Shown piece by piece: positions 40,955 to 50,218 of a stretch of DNA of 64,000 nt. The DNA comes from Nitrospirota bacterium. GTDB taxonomy: Bacteria; Nitrospirota; UBA9217. Each line of letters begins with the position of its first letter. Within the stretch, counting starts at the first letter, position 1. The stretch spans positions 960,001-1,024,000 of the forward strand of contig CAVTRN010000001.1 of assembly GCA_963737155.1 (NCBI GenBank). The letters are read 5' to 3'. The notes under the pieces were generated by a model. That model was not told the DNA's origin, ran no database searches, and saw only the letters and a list, made by a program, of their open reading frames with translations. The translations under genes were made by a program, and so were the position numbers.

Positions 40955-43420
40955 ATGGACATCAAAGAACGAGAAGTGAAGATTTCCGATCTCCGGCATG
41001 TGTGCGACCCCATGGATTTCCCCTTTCAGACCACGGCGGAACTGACGCCGAAGGGAGAGGTTATCGGCCAGGCGCGGGCTGTTAAGGCGATAGAATTCGG
41101 CCTTTCCATCCGAAACCATGGATACAATATATTCGTTAGCGGGATCCCGGGCACCGGCAGGAACAGCATCGCCAAGGCCCTGGTCAAACGGATCTCGCTT
41201 GATCGTCCGGTGCCGGACGACTGGTGCTTGGTCAACAACTTCAAGGACACTGACCGGCCTCTAGCCGTCAAGCTTCCACCCGGTAAGGGCCGTGAGTTCC
41301 GGCAGGACATGGGGAAATTCATCGAGTTCATGCAGGGTGAAATCTCCAAGGTTTTTGAGTCCAAGGAGTACGAGGAGCAGAAATCGCGTATCGTGGAGGA
41401 GGCGGAAAAGGCCAAAGAAGTCCTTTTTGCCGATGTGGGGCGACGTTCGCTCGAGCTTGGTTTCCAGCTGTCGATTACACGCACCGGGATCGTCAAGGTC
41501 CCTCTGTGGAAAGGCAAACCACTCCAGCCACAGGAGCTGGAAAACCTTTCAGCGGAGCAGAAGCACGAGCTGGAGGATCATGAGAAGCAGGTCGACGCCG
41601 AAATCCGTGACTTCCTGGCCAAGACCCGACAGCTCGACAAGGAGGCCCACGAAAAGATCCACGAACTGAACCGGAACATCGCCCACTTCGCTATGGGCCA
41701 CCAACTTGACGACCTGAGAGAAAAGTACAGCATCGATCCCCGCATCCCTGATCACCTTTCCGACGTCGAAGAAGATATCCTTGGCAACCTCCGAGAATTC
41801 CTCGGCCAGACCCAGGAAATGCCCTTCCCGATCGAGGGCATGGACCGGGCGAGCTTCATGGACCGCTATAAAGTGAACCTGCTCGTGGACAACGCCGAGA
41901 CCAAGGGCGCGCCGGTGATTGAGGAGGTGAACCCTACCTACAACAACCTTGTGGGCCGCATCGAGCGGAAAGCGCGTTTCGGTGCCTTTTATACCAACTT
42001 CACCATGATTCGAGCCGGCTCGGTGCTCAGGGCAAATGGTGGGTACTTGATATTGAACGCTCTTGATGTTCTCCGGAACCCCTTTTCCTGGGATGCTCTC
42101 AAGAGGATCATCAAGAAGAGTGAAGTCAAGATCGAAGACGTGACTGAGCTTTACGGATTTACTAGCGGTGGCATTAAGCCCGAGTCAATCCCTCTTTCGC
42201 TCAAGGTTATCATGCTCGGGAGCCCGTGGCTGTATTATCTGTTGAATTATTATGACGAGGATTTCCGCGATATTTTTAAGGTAAAATCCGATTTCGACAC
42301 GGAAACCACAGGTTCCTGGGACGAAAAAACGCGCTATGCGAATTTCATCGGCGCCATGGTGAAGAACGACGGTCTTCTGCCCTTCGACAGGACCGCAGTG
42401 GCGGGGATAGTGGATCACGCGGTGCGGCTTACCGAGAAACAGAACAAGCTTTCGCTTCGTTTCAGCGACTTGACGGACCTGGTGCGCGAGGCTTCATACT
42501 GGTCGTCGCAATCGGGAAGCGCGACGGTGACTGCCGAACATGTAGACAAAGCGTTGAACGAAAAAATATTCCGATCAAATCTGATCGATGAGCGCATCCA
42601 GGAGATGTACACGGAAGGGACGCTCATGGTCGATGTAACCGGGTCGGTCGTAGCCCAGGTGAATGGGCTGTCGGTATACGGCATCGGGGATTTCTTTTTC
42701 GGCAAGCCCTCGCGGATTACAAGCCGGATCTATCTCGGCAAGTCCGGCATCGTCAATATCGAACGCGAGGCAAAACTTTCGGGTCGCATCTACAACAAGG
42801 CCGCGCTTATTCTGTCGAGTTATCTCGGCGGAACATACGCACAGGAAAGGACTCTTTCGGTCTCGGCGACCCTTGCATTCGAGCAGAGCTATGGCGAGAT
42901 CGAGGGGGACAGCGCTTCGGCAGCCGAACTCATTGCGCTGATTTCCGGAATCGCAGAAGTGCCGGTAAAGCAGAATCTGGCCATTACCGGGTCGATGAGC
43001 CAGAAGGGAGAGATCCAGCCCATCGGCGGGGTGAATGAAAAGATTGAAGGATTTTTCGGCGTGTGCAAAAATCGGGGCCTTACGGGCGACCAGGGGGTGA
43101 TCATCCCGCAGTTGAACATCAAGAACCTGATGTTGAAAAAAGAAGTCATCGAGGCTGTCCGGGAAGGCAAGTTTCATGTGTACGCTGTCACGAACGTCAA
43201 TGAGGCGCTGGAAATTCTCATGGACCTTCAGGCCGGTGAGCGCAATGAGGCTGGCGTCTGGCCCGAGGGTACGATCAATTTTCTGGTGGACAAGCGGCTC
43301 AAGGAGATGTCAAGAAAGATGAAGGCCGACGACAAGGGAGAGGGGAAGGAAAAAGAGAAGAAAGAGGAAAACAATGATGAGGCTGCTCCGAAGAAAAGTC
43401 CTCCGCAGGAGCCTTCGTAG
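40955..43420 (+). CDS. Lon-like protease, LonC type with degenerate AAA module
   Basis: GDSAS and EKIEG Ser-Lys dyad; Walker A GIPGTGRN and Walker B LILNALD both degenerate. Confidence 0.88.
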   Translation: MDIKEREVKISDLRHVCDPMDFPFQTTAELTPKGEVIGQARAVKAIEFGLSIRNHGYNIFVSGIPGTGRNSIAKALVKRISLDRPVPDDWCLVNNFKDTDRPLAVKLPPGKGREFRQDMGKFIEFMQGEISKVFESKEYEEQKSRIVEEAEKAKEVLFADVGRRSLELGFQLSITRTGIVKVPLWKGKPLQPQELENLSAEQKHELEDHEKQVDAEIRDFLAKTRQLDKEAHEKIHELNRNIAHFAMGHQLDDLREKYSIDPRIPDHLSDVEEDILGNLREFLGQTQEMPFPIEGMDRASFMDRYKVNLLVDNAETKGAPVIEEVNPTYNNLVGRIERKARFGAFYTNFTMIRAGSVLRANGGYLILNALDVLRNPFSWDALKRIIKKSEVKIEDVTELYGFTSGGIKPESIPLSLKVIMLGSPWLYYLLNYYDEDFRDIFKVKSDFDTETTGSWDEKTRYANFIGAMVKNDGLLPFDRTAVAGIVDHAVRLTEKQNKLSLRFSDLTDLVREASYWSSQSGSATVTAEHVDKALNEKIFRSNLIDERIQEMYTEGTLMVDVTGSVVAQVNGLSVYGIGDFFFGKPSRITSRIYLGKSGIVNIEREAKLSGRIYNKAALILSSYLGGTYAQERTLSVSATLAFEQSYGEIEGDSASAAELIALISGIAEVPVKQNLAITGSMSQKGEIQPIGGVNEKIEGFFGVCKNRGLTGDQGVIIPQLNIKNLMLKKEVIEAVREGKFHVYAVTNVNEALEILMDLQAGERNEAGVWPEGTINFLVDKRLKEMSRKMKADDKGEGKEKEKKEENNDEAAPKKSPPQEPS

Positions 43421-43516
43421 CGGCTGGACCGGCGTGGTCAGAAAAGACCGAGGGGCAATAATATCGAAAAAAGCTTTGCTGGACATTCTTCGAAACTCGC
43501 AACATTTTACCCAGAT

Positions 43517-44935
43517 ATGAAATCTGCGATGCAAACATACTTGTCCGAGCTTTTCCCGCTTACCGCTCAATCTCTTTATCTCGTGGGAGGATCTGTTCGC
43601 GACCTGATTATGGGCAGGAATGACATCAAGGATATTGACATCCTCATGCCTTCCCATGCGGAAAAAGCAGCGAGAACATTCGCAGGCATGATCGGTGGAA
43701 GCTTTTTCTTTCTCGATGAAAAAAGAAAGATCTCACGCGTCGTCAAACAAAGCGATCATGAGGTCATACAGTTCGATTTTGCGAACTTCGAAGGGTTCGA
43801 TTTGAAAGCCGATCTAGGCAGACGGGATTTCACCATCAATGCCATGGCGCTTGATTTGCGGGAGTTCATCGCGAAAAAAACGATAAAGGGATTGATCGAC
43901 CCCTTTTCCGGGAGAGATGACATTCACAACAGGCTGGTTCGCATGGTAAAGCCTGAAGTCCTAGACGAGGATCCGCTTAGACTGCTGCGCGCAGCGCGAT
44001 TTGGTGCCACGCTTGGCTTCAACATTGAAAGATCGACGGCAGACCATATCAGGAGGCGTTCCGCGTTCATGAACAGGCCCGCGCCGGAGCGAATCCGGGA
44101 CGAGTTCTTTCTGATTCTGGCAGAAAAGCATGCCGATAAAAATCTCATGCTGCTTGATTCCCTCGGTATCCTGACGGTGATCCTGCCCGAGCTCGAACCG
44201 CTTCGCGGTTTTGCACCCGGCTTTTACCATAGCCACGATGTACTGACCCATTCTATCAAGACCGCAGGATATATCGATGCCGTCCTCGATGAGTTGCGCG
44301 ATTTCCCCCCTCTCTATGCCGGTTCGATGCGAAGCCATATTGAGGAGCATCTCGAACACCTGATACCGCGGATAGCAGCGCTTCGATTCGCCTGTCTCCT
44401 GCACGACATGGCAAAGCCCCAAACATTTACCGACGCGAGCGGCCACATCCGTTTTCACGGTCACGACAATCTCGGCGCCGAGAAGTGCAAGTTCGTGTGC
44501 CGGCGTCTCAGGCTGTCGCGAAATACCGAAGCATTGGTCTGCCGGGTTATAAAATTCCATATGCGTCTCTTTAGCCTTTCAACGCCGGGAAGCCCGAGCA
44601 GAAATGCGATGTACCGCTACTGCCGCGATATGGGGGACTCGCTTCCAGAGAGCCTCCTTCTCGCGCAGGCTGACGCCAGTGCAACTTCTGAAATAATGCC
44701 GAAGGAAAAATTCAGGGACACGCGAAAAACCATGGCAACGGTGCTAGAATACTATTATGCGAAATTCCTGAAAGTCGAATCTGAACCGCTCGTGACCGGC
44801 AATGATTTGATCAGACTGGGGCTTGCACCCGGCCCTCGGTTCCGGGAGATCCTGGAGGAGATGAAAGAGCGCCAGACAGAGGGCGTGGTCAGGAATCGGC
44901 AGGAGGCCCTTGACTATCTGAAGGAGTTGAAGTAA
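43517..44935 (+). CDS. class II tRNA nucleotidyltransferase with HD domain (probably CC-adding)
   Basis: VGGSVRD, DIDI, RRDFTINAMA, EDPLRLLRAARF, ERIRDE, LLHDMAKP. Confidence 0.88.
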   Translation: MKSAMQTYLSELFPLTAQSLYLVGGSVRDLIMGRNDIKDIDILMPSHAEKAARTFAGMIGGSFFFLDEKRKISRVVKQSDHEVIQFDFANFEGFDLKADLGRRDFTINAMALDLREFIAKKTIKGLIDPFSGRDDIHNRLVRMVKPEVLDEDPLRLLRAARFGATLGFNIERSTADHIRRRSAFMNRPAPERIRDEFFLILAEKHADKNLMLLDSLGILTVILPELEPLRGFAPGFYHSHDVLTHSIKTAGYIDAVLDELRDFPPLYAGSMRSHIEEHLEHLIPRIAALRFACLLHDMAKPQTFTDASGHIRFHGHDNLGAEKCKFVCRRLRLSRNTEALVCRVIKFHMRLFSLSTPGSPSRNAMYRYCRDMGDSLPESLLLAQADASATSEIMPKEKFRDTRKTMATVLEYYYAKFLKVESEPLVTGNDLIRLGLAPGPRFREILEEMKERQTEGVVRNRQEALDYLKELK

Positions 44936-45093
44936 ATTTTTTTTCAGCCTAGAAGACGTACATGAAACTATTGTCGTCAGCTGATCAGCTTTTGCAACAG
45001 TCTTTCAATTTTACATCAGCAATTCTCCCGGCTTTCCTTAGCAGTTTACCGCTCTCAACTCTGCCGTAAAAATTCAATGTATTGAGGAATTGT

Positions 45094-45330
45094 ATGACAA
45101 AAAAATACGAAGACATGGCCGTCGACGAGCTCAAGGTCGAACTCAAACGCCTCAAAGACAACCTCTGCGACACCGAAGATATGCATAATTTCACCTTTGG
45201 CAAGACCACCGTGCATATCGGTGCCGAGAAGGCCCAGAACATGACGCTTGAATACGAACAGGAATGTAGGGCGTATAATGATGAGATCGCGGTGGTCGAG
45301 GAGGCATTGAAGGCGAAGGGAGCACTGTAG
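45094..45330 (+). CDS. small coiled-coil hypothetical protein
   Basis: GAGG RBS, host-like codon use, 78 aa charged helical sequence. Confidence 0.7.
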   Translation: MTKKYEDMAVDELKVELKRLKDNLCDTEDMHNFTFGKTTVHIGAEKAQNMTLEYEQECRAYNDEIAVVEEALKAKGAL

Positions 45331-45335
45331 CGCGT

Positions 45336-47291
45336 CTAAAAATGGCTCACGAGTCTATACAGTTCCGGATACTCGTTCTTTACCATCGCGGTCTCTTCGC
45401 GTAACAGCCGCAGCGATTCCGGAAGATGCTTCAGAAAATACTTCTTCCCTTTCACAACTGACAGAAAGCCGTATGCGCCGAGTGCCTGCATATGACGCTG
45501 GAGGCGGCAGGGGATGAGGCTGTCCGAGAAGGTCTTCTTGTTGAATTCTGCCGGGTATTTTCCCCTTTCACTGATGTAATATTCGAGAAGCCGGTCGCGC
45601 ATGGCCTCATCGAGGCGATAATAGGGGTCCCACAAAATGGAGGCGATGTCATAAGCGGCAGGCGCCATCCGCGCGCCCTGAAAATCGATGACCCGGGGCA
45701 TGCCGCCGGAGGTGATTATGATATTCTGACTCTGGAAGTCCCGGTGGATCACGCTTTTGGGGAAGGAATCCACATGCAGCGCGAGACGGCTGAACTCTTT
45801 ATCCAGAGCCACTCCATTCTCCGGCGCTGCCCCCCTTAGGGCGGACACGAACCATTCAAGGAAGTAGCCCGTTTCCCACCGAAGATCGTCATAACCGAAA
45901 ACCCGTGCTTGGAGGATGGGGCATTCATGGACGTGACGGGTGACCCGTCCGTGGAGTTTGATCAGGATATCAAGTATGTTACGGTAGACATCCTCGATAT
46001 GATCGTCATCGTGAGGGAACTTCAGATAGGAGTAGAGGCTGGTATCGCCCAGGTCTTCGAACAGGGCGCGCCGGGCGGGCTCATCCGTTCCGATGAGGCC
46101 GGGCACCGGTACGGTATGGAACTCGAAGAACCGAGTATACACGAGGTGACGATTGTAGTCTGGGTCGTCGGGCCTGCACTCCATGAGCACGGCGGTCTTC
46201 CCGCCATTGCGCACACGGAAGTAGCGCCTGTCCGAGCCTCCGAGCCCAATCAAGATCGCGACTACATCCTCGATGCCATCGAACTGTCCATCCACGCCGA
46301 AGTAGACGGCAAACAGAGAGTCAGACAGCGAGATTTTTTTTTGCTCCCGCGTATTCAGGGAAGGCTGCATTTCCTCTTCCTCGAGGTCAACGACGTAGTC
46401 CGGGCCGAGAATCCTGTTTTCGTGCTTGCCGGAAACCCGCGCGCCGGGCATCACAATGCAGTTCCGGAGGTGTGCCCTATCTTCAATACTGCTTCTCGAT
46501 TCGAGCACCACATATCCGTCAATCCCGATTTTGCCGCAGGCCGCTTCCGGCGATCTATGAACAGTCTCGCCGCTTCCGCGAAGGATATCGAGAACAGCTC
46601 CTACATAGGATTCAGGCGTGCCAATGTCGTTCCAGTACGCACCAGTGCAATCGAAGGCCTGAACCCGGTGTCCCGCCTTGCCCGCATCAAGCCAAGCGAC
46701 GGTGGCATGAGAGACGCCCCGGGGCAGAAAATTCAGAATTTCCGGTGAATAGATGGCAATGCCGGTATAGGCGACCTTACGCGCGATCCGGTCCGGGTCG
46801 GGCCTGGAATGGCCGGGATTTTCAACGTCGAGCACGAGATCGTTATTATCCACAACGACATTGCCCAGCGCGGGATGATGGTGCGTGGCAAGGGTTGCGA
46901 TATTCCTGGATTGTAGGTGTGTCGTGATGAGTTTTTCAAAATCGATATCAAGTAGAATATCTGCGTTATGGACGATGAAAGGACTGCGCGCAAGGAAAGC
47001 TTCCGCGTTTTTCAACGCGCCGCCGGTACCAAGGATAGGATCCTCTGGAAAAAAGCGTATACGGCTGGCGTACTCCGAGTGTTCCGCCCAGTCATGGATC
47101 ATGCCTGATTTGTAATGAAGATTGACGCCGATTTCTCCATCACAAAGGGTATTGAGCTTCTCCAGAATAATCTCGATCAGTGGTTTCCCGAGGACCGGGA
47201 GTAGCGGTTTAGGTATATGGTTCGTGACCGGCCGCAGCCGCTCGCCGAGCCCAGCAGCGGGGAGAAAAATGTTAAGGCGGAATTTGGGCAT
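45336..47291 (-). CDS. fused sugar-phosphate nucleotidyltransferase (MurU-like) and APH-type kinase (AmgK-like)
   Basis: AAGLGERLRP...PKPL, WNDIGTP; C-terminal GGSDRRYFR, EDLGD, HRDFQSQN, IDFQGAR, LQRHMQALGAYGFL. Confidence 0.85.
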   Translation of the reverse strand: MPKFRLNIFLPAAGLGERLRPVTNHIPKPLLPVLGKPLIEIILEKLNTLCDGEIGVNLHYKSGMIHDWAEHSEYASRIRFFPEDPILGTGGALKNAEAFLARSPFIVHNADILLDIDFEKLITTHLQSRNIATLATHHHPALGNVVVDNNDLVLDVENPGHSRPDPDRIARKVAYTGIAIYSPEILNFLPRGVSHATVAWLDAGKAGHRVQAFDCTGAYWNDIGTPESYVGAVLDILRGSGETVHRSPEAACGKIGIDGYVVLESRSSIEDRAHLRNCIVMPGARVSGKHENRILGPDYVVDLEEEEMQPSLNTREQKKISLSDSLFAVYFGVDGQFDGIEDVVAILIGLGGSDRRYFRVRNGGKTAVLMECRPDDPDYNRHLVYTRFFEFHTVPVPGLIGTDEPARRALFEDLGDTSLYSYLKFPHDDDHIEDVYRNILDILIKLHGRVTRHVHECPILQARVFGYDDLRWETGYFLEWFVSALRGAAPENGVALDKEFSRLALHVDSFPKSVIHRDFQSQNIIITSGGMPRVIDFQGARMAPAAYDIASILWDPYYRLDEAMRDRLLEYYISERGKYPAEFNKKTFSDSLIPCRLQRHMQALGAYGFLSVVKGKKYFLKHLPESLRLLREETAMVKNEYPELYRLVSHF

Positions 47292-47424
47292 AAAAATGCT
47301 TTGCGATGAACGCCACTAACGACATGACAGAAAATGTTCGGCTTTAAAACCTAGGCTTCAAATTAAACCTGCCCCATTAGCATCAAAAACAGATTGTGGT
47401 ACTTATTCGATACCCTATGAGAAC

Positions 47425-48612
47425 CTACTTGTAGAGCAGGAATTCCCTTCTTGTTTTTTCAAATTCCTTCGCGTCCTCCCTCCACCACGTCGCCAACGTA
47501 TCAAGATCTTTCCATAACTCGATGCCCTTCCTCAGCTTGTCGGAGCCTGCGAGAATATCGATGGGCAGTTTTTTTTCTTCGTACTCATACGGCGGCTCCT
47601 TCCATTTGAAATCCCGGGGATAGGTATCGTGGATCGCCTTCAGGATGGCCACGCCGGTCTTAAAGGGCTGGAACTTTTCGCGGTTCGTCACATGGATCTG
47701 AGCCCCGCCGCAGAGTGTGTGGGCGTGCTTCTGGAACGTGGGTTGGAAATGGACCGGCCGGAACACGACACCGGGAAGCTTGAACTCTTTGAGAACATTA
47801 ATGATAGCATCGGAATGTATGAAGGGCGCCCCAAAAATTTCAAAGGGCCTCGTTGTGCCCCGGCCTTCCGATATGTTCGTTCCTTCCAAAAGGCACATGC
47901 CGGGATAAACTAGCGCTGTATCGAGCGTGGGCATATTAGGAGAGGGGATAATCCATGGAAGCATCGTATTATTGAACCACATCGATCGTATCCAGCCCCG
48001 CATGGGCAAGACGCGAAAATCAAGATCGGGATAGTACTTTCGATGTAGGTAGTTGCCGATTTCGGCGATTGTCATACCGTGGCGGACAGGAAGCGGTTTG
48101 AGTCCGACAAAGGAGGTGTAAGCGGGGTCCAGTACCGGCCCTTCGACGATACGTCCGTTGATGGGATTTGGTCGGTCAAGTACGACTAGCGTTTTCTTGG
48201 TTTCGCGGCATGCCTGCATGCAGAGGTCCATGGTCCAAATGAACGTATAATACCTGCTCCCCACATCCTGCAAATCAATGGCAAGAACATCGCAATGTTC
48301 GAGCATGGAATGGGCGGGCTTCCGCACTTTGCCGTAAAGGCTGAACACGGGCAGTCCCGAGGCCGGATCGCGGAATCCCTCCCATTCAATCATGTTGTCC
48401 TGGGTCTGGCCATGAATGCCGTGCTGCGGGCCAAAGAGTGCGGTGAGGCGGAATTTTTTTGTCCATCGGAACACATCGACTGCGTGTTCGAACCGGCGAT
48501 TAACCGATGCCGGGTGCGCCGCAAGCCCGACGCGAACCCCCTGTAAATTCTTCGGCCACTGCTTTTCAACGAGATCGAGTCCCGTGAGCACCTTGTTTTG
48601 TCTGGTCGACAT
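47425..48612 (-). CDS. namZ: exo-beta-N-acetylmuramidase NamZ family (DUF1343)
   Basis: LFGPQHG, DLQDVGSRYYTF, LDRPNP, RHGMT, PSPNMP, SEGRGTTRPFE. Confidence 0.9.
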   Translation of the reverse strand: MSTRQNKVLTGLDLVEKQWPKNLQGVRVGLAAHPASVNRRFEHAVDVFRWTKKFRLTALFGPQHGIHGQTQDNMIEWEGFRDPASGLPVFSLYGKVRKPAHSMLEHCDVLAIDLQDVGSRYYTFIWTMDLCMQACRETKKTLVVLDRPNPINGRIVEGPVLDPAYTSFVGLKPLPVRHGMTIAEIGNYLHRKYYPDLDFRVLPMRGWIRSMWFNNTMLPWIIPSPNMPTLDTALVYPGMCLLEGTNISEGRGTTRPFEIFGAPFIHSDAIINVLKEFKLPGVVFRPVHFQPTFQKHAHTLCGGAQIHVTNREKFQPFKTGVAILKAIHDTYPRDFKWKEPPYEYEEKKLPIDILAGSDKLRKGIELWKDLDTLATWWREDAKEFEKTRREFLLYK

Positions 48613-48715
48613 GGCCGGATTATAGGGTCTGTAATCATGAATAGCAATAGGAAAGTTGACCTCATCCGGGAACAGAAATTGAAAGGAGTTCGTCTCCTCT
48701 ATAATATAATAAATA

Positions 48716-49082
48716 TTTTTAAGGGCGTCGAAATTGTTCTCAGCGTTGGCCTGGTTCTGGTAGTGTTGGGCGATAGTAAGGACTTCATCCTTAAGAATGG
48801 TGGCCAGCACGGTGCACTCATATTATTTGCAGTTCTGTCGATTTTGACGAAACCGAACTCCGTCAGATTCCTACGTTTCGATTCGATGACAATATCAACT
48901 TTGGGCGCTTGCCGAAGCAGATGATGCGCCACCTTTTCTTCCGCACCCTCCTAGCCAGCTTGCTGCCAACCATTCTGACTAAATTCTTCTCGATGAGCTT
49001 CCGTACGTTTTTAGTGAGCCGTTGCTTGACCAGATAAGGCAGTTCTTCTACTTCCGTCTGGGGCCTGAATACGTTTTTTCAT
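48716..49082 (-). pseudogene. IS1380-like transposase remnant
   Basis: LPYLVKQRLTKNVRKLIE and VLATILKDEVLTIAQHYQNQANAENNFDALKN (Y..R...EN...ELK DDE-type motif), frameshifted. Confidence 0.6.
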
Positions 49083-49153
49083 CAAGCTATCAATTCTCTG
49101 TTTATCGGCTTCCAAGATGTTAATGCGGAACCGCTGCTTGAACCTGATAATAA

Positions 49154-49182
49154 TTGACAATGGAGCCATCAAAGAGTATAAT
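49154..49182 (+). promoter_or_regulatory. consensus sigma70 promoter of gsp operon
   Basis: TTGACA-17 nt-TATAAT. Confidence 0.8.
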
Positions 49183-49240
49183 TAAATGATGAAAAAATTT
49201 GAGCGTAAGGCAACTGATACGGCAATACAACGTTAGAATT

Positions 49241-50086
49241 ATGAAAAAAGAAAGATCACTCTATACCCTAGCTTTTGTTGCGCTCCTCACTATTTCCGCG
49301 TATTTTATGGCTGATACAGTGGATGCGATGATTGGACGTAGCTTGAACGCCAATGTCGCGCAGGGGGCTGAGCTGCCGCAGAATCACGATCGTCCAGCCC
49401 TGCAAATGCGCCGTGATATGAGCGCCTATACTTCCATACTGCAGCGCGGGCTCTTTGGTGACGGGACAGTTCCGTCGGCAGGTTCAGGTCCAGGCTCCAG
49501 AGCCGCCGAGGCCCCTACCGTGGACTATAAACTAATCGGGACGGTGGAAGGAGAAGTCTTTGCAGGAGCCGTACTCGAAGACAAGTCAGGCCAGGCCTTT
49601 TACAAAATCAATCAGAAACTTCCCGATGGATCCGCCATGGTGCAGATCATACACGATAAAGTCGTTATCCGTAGATCCGACGGCGCAACTGTCAATCTTG
49701 AGGTCGCCGATGACACCAAGATCGTTGCCGTCCAGCAGCCGGGCGCGGGACTGAAGAGACTTCCGAACGGCAAGTACGTGCTGGACCAGAAAGAAGTGCT
49801 CGCGAGCACGGAGAACATGGGCCAGATTCTGACGCAGGCCCGCGCCCTGCCCTATACCGAGCAGGGAAAAACGGTCGGTTTCAAGATCAGCGAGATAATC
49901 CCGGGCAGCATCTATGAGAAGATCGGTCTTCAGAATGGTGATGTCATTCAGCGGGTCAATTCTCAAGACGTGGATGATCCATCCAAGTTTTTTCAGCTCT
50001 ATCAGGGATTAAAGAATGAATCGAACATCACCATCGATCTGCTCAGGAACGGCCAGCACCAGACATTGAATTATGATATACAGTAA
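49241..50086 (+). CDS. gspC: T2SS protein C with PDZ domain
   Basis: N-terminal TM, KLIGTV, PDZ region KIGLQNGDVI; first gene of gsp operon. Confidence 0.88.
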   Translation: MKKERSLYTLAFVALLTISAYFMADTVDAMIGRSLNANVAQGAELPQNHDRPALQMRRDMSAYTSILQRGLFGDGTVPSAGSGPGSRAAEAPTVDYKLIGTVEGEVFAGAVLEDKSGQAFYKINQKLPDGSAMVQIIHDKVVIRRSDGATVNLEVADDTKIVAVQQPGAGLKRLPNGKYVLDQKEVLASTENMGQILTQARALPYTEQGKTVGFKISEIIPGSIYEKIGLQNGDVIQRVNSQDVDDPSKFFQLYQGLKNESNITIDLLRNGQHQTLNYDIQ

Positions 50087-50218
50087 TGCTGCGGTTTAGA
50101 TAACCACATCCAGCTTCGGCCAAAATCCAAACAACAGACCGAGCTTTCCATTATCGGCATCCGAGCCGATTTGCTTCGGACTTCGGCATTCAATCTATTC
50201 CTTTTTTCGGAGGACAAG

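Noticed and set aside
48613-48810. N-terminal extension or fusion on NamZ in the ORF track
   Set aside because: The extension is an IS1380-like remnant that happens to be in frame; NamZ similarity starts near ATG 48612
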